Shown: positions 59,389-64,000 of the stretch, piece by piece | Position numbering within the stretch: the stretch's first letter is position 1 | Layout of the letters: the number at the start of each line of letters is the position of its first letter | From: a virus | Lineage: Duplodnaviria; Heunggongvirae; Uroviricota; Caudoviricetes | Reading direction: 5' to 3' (one strand) | Virus record (IMG/VR): IMGVR_UViG_2881684137_000004 | Coordinates: 1-64,000 of that record | Length of the DNA: 64,000 bases | Translations under genes and position numbers: made by a program | Notes under the pieces: generated by a model | Databases searched by the model: none | What the model saw: the letters and a program-made list of their open reading frames with translations, nothing else | What the model was told of the DNA's origin: nothing

Positions 59389-59662
59389 TTTTCAATTTTC
59401 TCTGCATGTGCATATTTGCTATTCGTTCCATCTGTTTTTGACGCTGATCTTCAGTGTACACTCTCGGTTTAGATTTTTGTCGGAAGGAAACTTGGTTAAA
59501 ATCTAATTCAAAGTAATGTCCTCCATCTGAATCGACACGAACAGGTTCAGAAACTTTACTGATCTTGTTGATTAGTCTGCTTTGGCAGCTATATATTCTC
59601 CACAATTTTTTTTCTTCATCAATCTGCAAAATAGTCTCTCTTTCTGCTGGTGATAATGCCAT
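59375..59662 (-). CDS. hypothetical protein
   Basis: ORF. Confidence 0.5.
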   Translation of the reverse strand: MALSPAERETILQIDEEKKLWRIYSCQSRLINKISKVSEPVRVDSDGGHYFELDFNQVSFRQKSKPRVYTEDQRQKQMERIANMHMQRKLKNEGN

Positions 59663-59871
59663 TTATTCATCTCCTTTGTTACTTTTCTACTAAGGTAGTT
59701 TCCAAATTATATCCTCGTTGCAATGCGGACAATTAACACAGAAACAAGTAATCCCATTCAATTCTCCATCTTCTTCTTGTCCAACTGTCAGAATCGTATT
59801 CGTTTCAATATCAAACTGCTCATCACAATCTCCACAGTAACCAACAATCATCTATACAACACCTCTTTCAT

Positions 59872-60330
59872 CTATAGTTTTAAAGTAATTATTTTTATTT
59901 CATTTTCTAGATTATTAATACAATCTTTCATTGTGTAGCTGACATAACCATGATCCTTGAATTCTTTATAGCCTAGTGTTACGTCAGTCACGCTGTATGT
60001 GTAACCACATCTTTCTATGTACATTTCAATACGCCTGCGTGGATCAGTCTCACATTCATATTTTATTTGTTCCTGTCTACGTCCCACAGAAGTCATGCAA
60101 GCCGAATCCAACTGCCTGTAGTCACCTAGTCCCTTATCTATCACATCAATCACGATATAATGTGGTACTACGTAGAATCTCTTTCCGCATTCGTTACATG
60201 TGGGGTCATCAAAAGCATATGCTTCAATGTCTTTATTCCGCGGAATGTCTTTCAGATCAAAATCAGCATTTTCAAAAACAACATATCCTTTGCATCCTGG
60301 TTTATTACAACGATGTGCTTCAATTGCCAT
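59872..60330 (-). CDS. hypothetical Cys-rich protein
   Basis: ORF. Confidence 0.5.
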   Translation of the reverse strand: MAIEAHRCNKPGCKGYVVFENADFDLKDIPRNKDIEAYAFDDPTCNECGKRFYVVPHYIVIDVIDKGLGDYRQLDSACMTSVGRRQEQIKYECETDPRRRIEMYIERCGYTYSVTDVTLGYKEFKDHGYVSYTMKDCINNLENEIKIITLKL

Positions 60331-60553
60331 TTACATTCCACCTTTATCAATTTGAATTGGTCGCTATACAGAGTACCAATCAATCAACTCTGAACCACCT
60401 TTTTCAATTTCTTCTTTTGCGATTTTAATGCATTCATCAACTGTGTAAGAGGTCACTGTGAAAGAACCTGTCTTATCTTCTTTTTCCCAGTGAAATCTCA
60501 TTGTTTCCATTCATTAAACCTCCTTAATTTCAGTATATATGCATTAATAACAC

Positions 60554-60814
60554 TTAATTTTTCTTTTTGAATCTAGAAATCAATCCTTTTGCTGAGCAAC
60601 TAATTGTTCCTCCATAGATGCCCAAACCTACAACCATAGCACTAAACATTAATGCGATTGCCGTGAGGAACCATGCTAATCCACCTGTAACTGTCACGCT
60701 ATAATCAGGAAATGCTAAACCAAGATATAGTGACATAATGATAAGAAGATAAAGCAAACCATATTCTTTAATATGTTTTTTCATTTTTATATTCTCCTTT
60801 CCTTTTCCATTCAA
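60554..60814 (-). CDS. small membrane protein (two TM helices)
   Basis: ORF. Confidence 0.5.
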   Translation of the reverse strand: MNGKGKENIKMKKHIKEYGLLYLLIIMSLYLGLAFPDYSVTVTGGLAWFLTAIALMFSAMVVGLGIYGGTISCSAKGLISRFKKKN

Positions 60815-60844
60815 CCTAATTTCACCAATAAAAAGTTCAACTTT

Positions 60845-61285
60845 TCAAAGCGCATGCGCATATTTAAACCAATATTCCCAATTATCAGCCATCTCAGCAA
60901 GCACATGACCATGACAAGCTGCTGGACTGCAGTAACAGCATAATACTTTACCCTTCAAGTCTTTTAAGTTAAGCAGCAAATCCTTTTGATTCACTATCCA
61001 TTTCTTAAAACACTCAATTGCTTCCTCTCTTGTGCCTACTTTGAATTCCGCTTTTGTGTTTTTCATATGAGAAAATGGATTGCCCCACATCGATCCACGT
61101 CCAATGTAAATATCATAGGGAACCTTATGATCTTTGTTGACCACTGTTGTTTTTATTGGTTCTAGGTGATTCTGCAATGCCCATTCTAACTGCTGTGACT
61201 TGGTTTGGTATTCAACTCTGCTGTTTTTAATATCTTGGATTACATTTCGAATATCTTTGCCACTTTTAACTATAGAAGATGTCAT
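60845..61285 (-). CDS. DUF4326-like domain protein
   Basis: C-terminal YDIYIGRGSMWGNPF...CCYCSPAACHGHVL resembles the DUF4326 signature. Confidence 0.5.
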   Translation of the reverse strand: MTSSIVKSGKDIRNVIQDIKNSRVEYQTKSQQLEWALQNHLEPIKTTVVNKDHKVPYDIYIGRGSMWGNPFSHMKNTKAEFKVGTREEAIECFKKWIVNQKDLLLNLKDLKGKVLCCYCSPAACHGHVLAEMADNWEYWFKYAHAL

Positions 61286-61322
61286 TACTTCAATCTCATT
61301 TTCGTTTACATATTTAATGATT

Positions 61323-61679
61323 TTATTTATAAGTAATCACCCTTATTTTCAATCCATATTTCTTTGCAATGTCATACATATGCTTACTTCCTTTACTTTC
61401 ACCGTCCCAAAATAATGCTAGGGCATCTCCTTCTTCAGCCATCTCTACATTTCTAATATATCCAGCCTTTTTTCCTAGTTCATCCCATTTGGCAGGATGA
61501 GAAGATATTACATACCCCTTCTCTAAAGCGTATCGTTCACCAAGTTTATCAGCCCCTCTTGCTGCACCTGATATGATACAAATCTCATCATTAATATTTT
61601 GAAGCAGTTTATCGAGTGACGAGCATACTAGGTCATAATCATTAAAATCACGAGAACCAGCAACTATTAATTTAAACAT
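61323..61679 (-). CDS. DUF2493 / SLOG (YspA-like) domain protein
   Basis: MFKLIVAGSRDF...ICIISGAARGADKLGERYA matches the Rossmann-like SLOG motif pattern. Start placed after the upstream gene's stop. Confidence 0.5.
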   Translation of the reverse strand: MFKLIVAGSRDFNDYDLVCSSLDKLLQNINDEICIISGAARGADKLGERYALEKGYVISSHPAKWDELGKKAGYIRNVEMAEEGDALALFWDGESKGSKHMYDIAKKYGLKIRVITYK

Positions 61680-61714
61680 TTTATTTGAACCATTCCTCCC
61701 AAGATGAGAATATA

Positions 61715-62155
61715 CTATTTGAAATGCGGTAGTGATACCGCCCAATCATAGAGTCGCTTATTAGAACTCAAAACAAATTCAAATTTACTCAAATTATCGG
61801 AATCATTATAGTTGTTTCTAATTGTATTTCCTGCATAATAGGTGCGTTTAGAGTTAATTGTATCCACATCATACTTAAAACCTTGTGGAAGAACTCTGAA
61901 TTTTTCCACTTCTCCTTCAAACATTATATAAGCATTTGGTGGATGATCACTATACCAATGACCACTGCAACAATATTTTGTTGCATATCCCTTCTGATTC
62001 AACAGTATAATTGTAGGAGCGATTAATTCGTCTATTTGCACGACATCCCCATGGCAGGAGTGTTTTGGACAATCACACTTACGTTTATTCTTAGCATTGG
62101 AAAGATTTAAAAATGAACTGTCATAAATCTCATAACAAGTTAAACAAATATACAC
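61715..62155 (-). CDS. hypothetical zinc-binding protein
   Basis: CLTC...CDCPKHSCHG motif. Confidence 0.5.
   Translation of the reverse strand: MYICLTCYEIYDSSFLNLSNAKNKRKCDCPKHSCHGDVVQIDELIAPTIILLNQKGYATKYCCSGHWYSDHPPNAYIMFEGEVEKFRVLPQGFKYDVDTINSKRTYYAGNTIRNNYNDSDNLSKFEFVLSSNKRLYDWAVSLPHFK
62104..62140. repeat. direct repeat copy 1 (5' end of gene 61715..62155), partner at 62580-62615
   Basis: TTAAAAATGAACTG..AAATCTC.TAACA shared by both copies (~27/32 identical). Confidence 0.6.
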
Positions 62156-62328
62156 AAGGCTGTCCTCCTCTTGGTTTCATACAAGTTCAATTCATATCAT
62201 AGAATATCTATATCTCATCAACATACACAACTGAACTTGCCTAATTGAGTTGAAGTGAAAAGTGAATATTTTTTACCTAAGATGGCTATAATTAATCTTA
62301 GAACGTAAGACTGGAGGTGAATATTAAT

Positions 62329-62490
62329 ATGAAATCAATAAACGGGATGGTATATGGTGTTGATCAGGCTCGCCCTGGAGAATGGAGAGTTTACTGTTTT
62401 ACAACGAAATCATTTTCTAACGAAACTTTCAAAACTGAGCAAGAGGCACTAGACGCACTAAACGGTGATGGCTTTAGTTTCTTCTATTAG
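62329..62490 (+). CDS. small hypothetical protein (53 aa; plus-strand moron)
   Basis: RBS GGAGGTG 8 nt before ATG. MKSINGMVYGVDQARPGEWRVYCFTTKSF.... Terminator follows. Confidence 0.5.
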   Translation: MKSINGMVYGVDQARPGEWRVYCFTTKSFSNETFKTEQEALDALNGDGFSFFY

Positions 62491-62505
62491 TTCTTTTGTA
62501 TTGCG

Positions 62506-62538
62506 GAGAAAGGGGATTTTAACCTCTTTCTCTTTTTT
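62506..62538 (+). terminator. rho-independent terminator
   Basis: GGAGAAAGGGG-loop-CCTCTTTCTC followed by TTTTTT. Confidence 0.65.
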
Positions 62539-62579
62539 ATACTCTTCTCTTATTTATAATGACGCTTATATTATCAGGA

Positions 62580-62615
62580 AGCTTAAAAATGAACTGCTGT
62601 AAATCTCGTAACATC
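62580..62615. repeat. direct repeat copy 2 (remnant of the gene start MLRDLQQFIFK...)
   Basis: See copy 1. Translates on the minus strand to a 25-codon remnant homologous to MYICLTCYEIYDSSFLNL. Confidence 0.6.
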
Positions 62616-62646
62616 TAGTAAAAATTTTGCTGCCTCGTTTTTGAAG

Positions 62647-63006
62647 TTAATCAAAACTTCTTAATCCTATTAGTGTGCAACCTATATTGGTTCTCGTTGT
62701 TCTTCCGTGAATATTAATATTTCCATATACACTGTCAATTCTCAGTTCTCCAACTTTCTCAGTATCTTCAGAACTGAACTCGAATTGAAAATCAATCTCC
62801 TTGCTAGAACTGAATCCAACATCCATTCCGTTATAAAAACATATGTATTCAATTACGACTGTTCCTTTAACAGTGCCTTTATCTTCAGTAGCAGTATTTA
62901 AGTAACCCCTATTTACTTTTATATTTGTGATATCAGAGTTTGTGTAAAGTTCGTTGTGAGTTACTACCTTACAAAAAACAATATCTTGCTTTAATAGATT
63001 CGTCAT
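62647..63006 (-). CDS. hypothetical protein
   Basis: ORF. Confidence 0.5.
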   Translation of the reverse strand: MTNLLKQDIVFCKVVTHNELYTNSDITNIKVNRGYLNTATEDKGTVKGTVVIEYICFYNGMDVGFSSSKEIDFQFEFSSEDTEKVGELRIDSVYGNINIHGRTTRTNIGCTLIGLRSFD

Positions 63007-63041
63007 TCTATTTACTCCTGTGAAAGCATCATTTCAAATTA

Positions 63042-63377
63042 TTAATAGTAATGAATATAACTCTTCCAATCCCACGAACTTAGATTCTCAATTTGCTCTC
63101 TTTTAGGAATTATGCGAGGTATAATTATGTCTTCAACATATTTTTCATCAATATGTTGATCAACATATACTTCATGATATCTAATAACTCTTTGATCGGG
63201 ACTGAACTTTAGACTTCTTATCAGTTTGTGTTCTGTTTCAAAAGCATTATAAAAGCTTTTTACAATCTTTTCACTCCACTCTTCCAGTAATCGTTCTGTT
63301 TGGAGAACTGCGGTTAATTCAGATTTCCCAAACACAACAATATTTGTTTTGGTGATTAAACTACTCATCTTCGTCAT
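63042..63377 (-). CDS. hypothetical protein
   Basis: ORF. Confidence 0.5.
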   Translation of the reverse strand: MTKMSSLITKTNIVVFGKSELTAVLQTERLLEEWSEKIVKSFYNAFETEHKLIRSLKFSPDQRVIRYHEVYVDQHIDEKYVEDIIIPRIIPKREQIENLSSWDWKSYIHYY

Positions 63378-63651
63378 CCCAATAAAGATTCTTTACAAAT
63401 TCCTCACCATCTTCATATGCCTCTTCAATTAAACCATCAACTGACTTTGAAAATGGAGTATCGCCATTCTCTTCTTCCCGATAATGAAACCAATTTTCAC
63501 AGAAGTATTTAAAGAAATTACCTTCATCAGTAATTTTATATCCGTCTGGGTGATTGTTTATTACAATCAGCAACGCCTCTTTACTAATCGTAACAACAAT
63601 TTGCTCTTCTTTTTCTTCGATTTGTGCAAAATAATTATTATTATAAGTCAT
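63361..63651 (-). CDS. hypothetical acidic protein
   Basis: ORF. Confidence 0.5.
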   Translation of the reverse strand: MTYNNNYFAQIEEKEEQIVVTISKEALLIVINNHPDGYKITDEGNFFKYFCENWFHYREEENGDTPFSKSVDGLIEEAYEDGEEFVKNLYWDDEDE

Positions 63652-63675
63652 TTGTGTAACTCCTTTTTAATTAGA

Positions 63676-63996
63676 TTAGTAAGCTTTGGCTAATTTATAA
63701 TCATCTGCATGCTTCCATTGTCTAAACCATTCTTTTGAATGAACATAGAATACATCTGCATGTTCTTGACTATCGTTCACAGTCCAGGTCTTTGTTTCTA
63801 TTTTGTAATCACCCATCCCAAATCGCTGATAACATTCTTCTTCAACGATATTCAGTCTGTTTGTTTTCCAGTATGATTTAAAAGGCCAAAAGTCAACATC
63901 TGCTTTTGTGCTGCCTACTTTCCAATTCTCAATCTTCCCATCGAGCAGCAGTACATTAGCGTGTAGCTCATAAGGATATTCATCGAGCCTACTCAT
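63676..63996 (-). CDS. hypothetical protein
   Basis: ORF. Confidence 0.5.
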   Translation of the reverse strand: MSRLDEYPYELHANVLLLDGKIENWKVGSTKADVDFWPFKSYWKTNRLNIVEEECYQRFGMGDYKIETKTWTVNDSQEHADVFYVHSKEWFRQWKHADDYKLAKAY

Positions 63997-64000
63997 TGGT

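Overview
The window shows a host/prophage junction at about position 1080. Bases 1-1080 are GC-rich (about 57%) and encode, on the minus strand, the 3' roughly 360 codons of a host pyrimidine-nucleoside phosphorylase gene (pdp). Everything from about 1081 to 64000 is AT-rich (about 33% GC) and looks like the early/replication arm of a very large SPbeta-like temperate phage of a Firmicutes host. Almost all of its genes are packed on the minus strand and transcribed towards the att end. A large serine recombinase gene sits at the junction and, as read in this window, continues without a stop into the pdp remnant as one 899-codon ORF. Recognisable modules: a DnaE-type DNA polymerase III alpha subunit; a deoxynucleotide cluster (metallophosphoesterase, DHFR, ThyA, MazG/dimeric-dUTPase-like protein, HNH homing endonuclease, NrdF, NrdI-like flavodoxin, NrdE); a RecJ-like DHH exonuclease; a replication cluster (UvrD-like SF1 helicase, DnaB-like helicase, DnaG/TOPRIM primase, GHKL ATPase); and a YolD/Y-family polymerase pair behind a promoter carrying two LexA (Cheo) boxes. 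Accessory or possible counter-defence genes include a macro domain protein, an HD-type (p)ppGpp-hydrolase-like protein, a Pol-beta-type nucleotidyltransferase, an SPFH protein, an ATP-grasp protein and a DUF2493/DUF4326 pair. Several small plus-strand morons each end in their own terminator; one has a C-terminal HEPN-like Rx4H motif, one is a secreted protein, and one is flanked by about 32-bp direct repeats. There is also a decayed segmental duplication, three ORFs interrupted by frameshifts or an in-frame stop, and a 16-bp inverted repeat next to the primase gene. I found no rRNA, tRNA or CRISPR array. All functional calls come from motif reading only; I could not run any database search.
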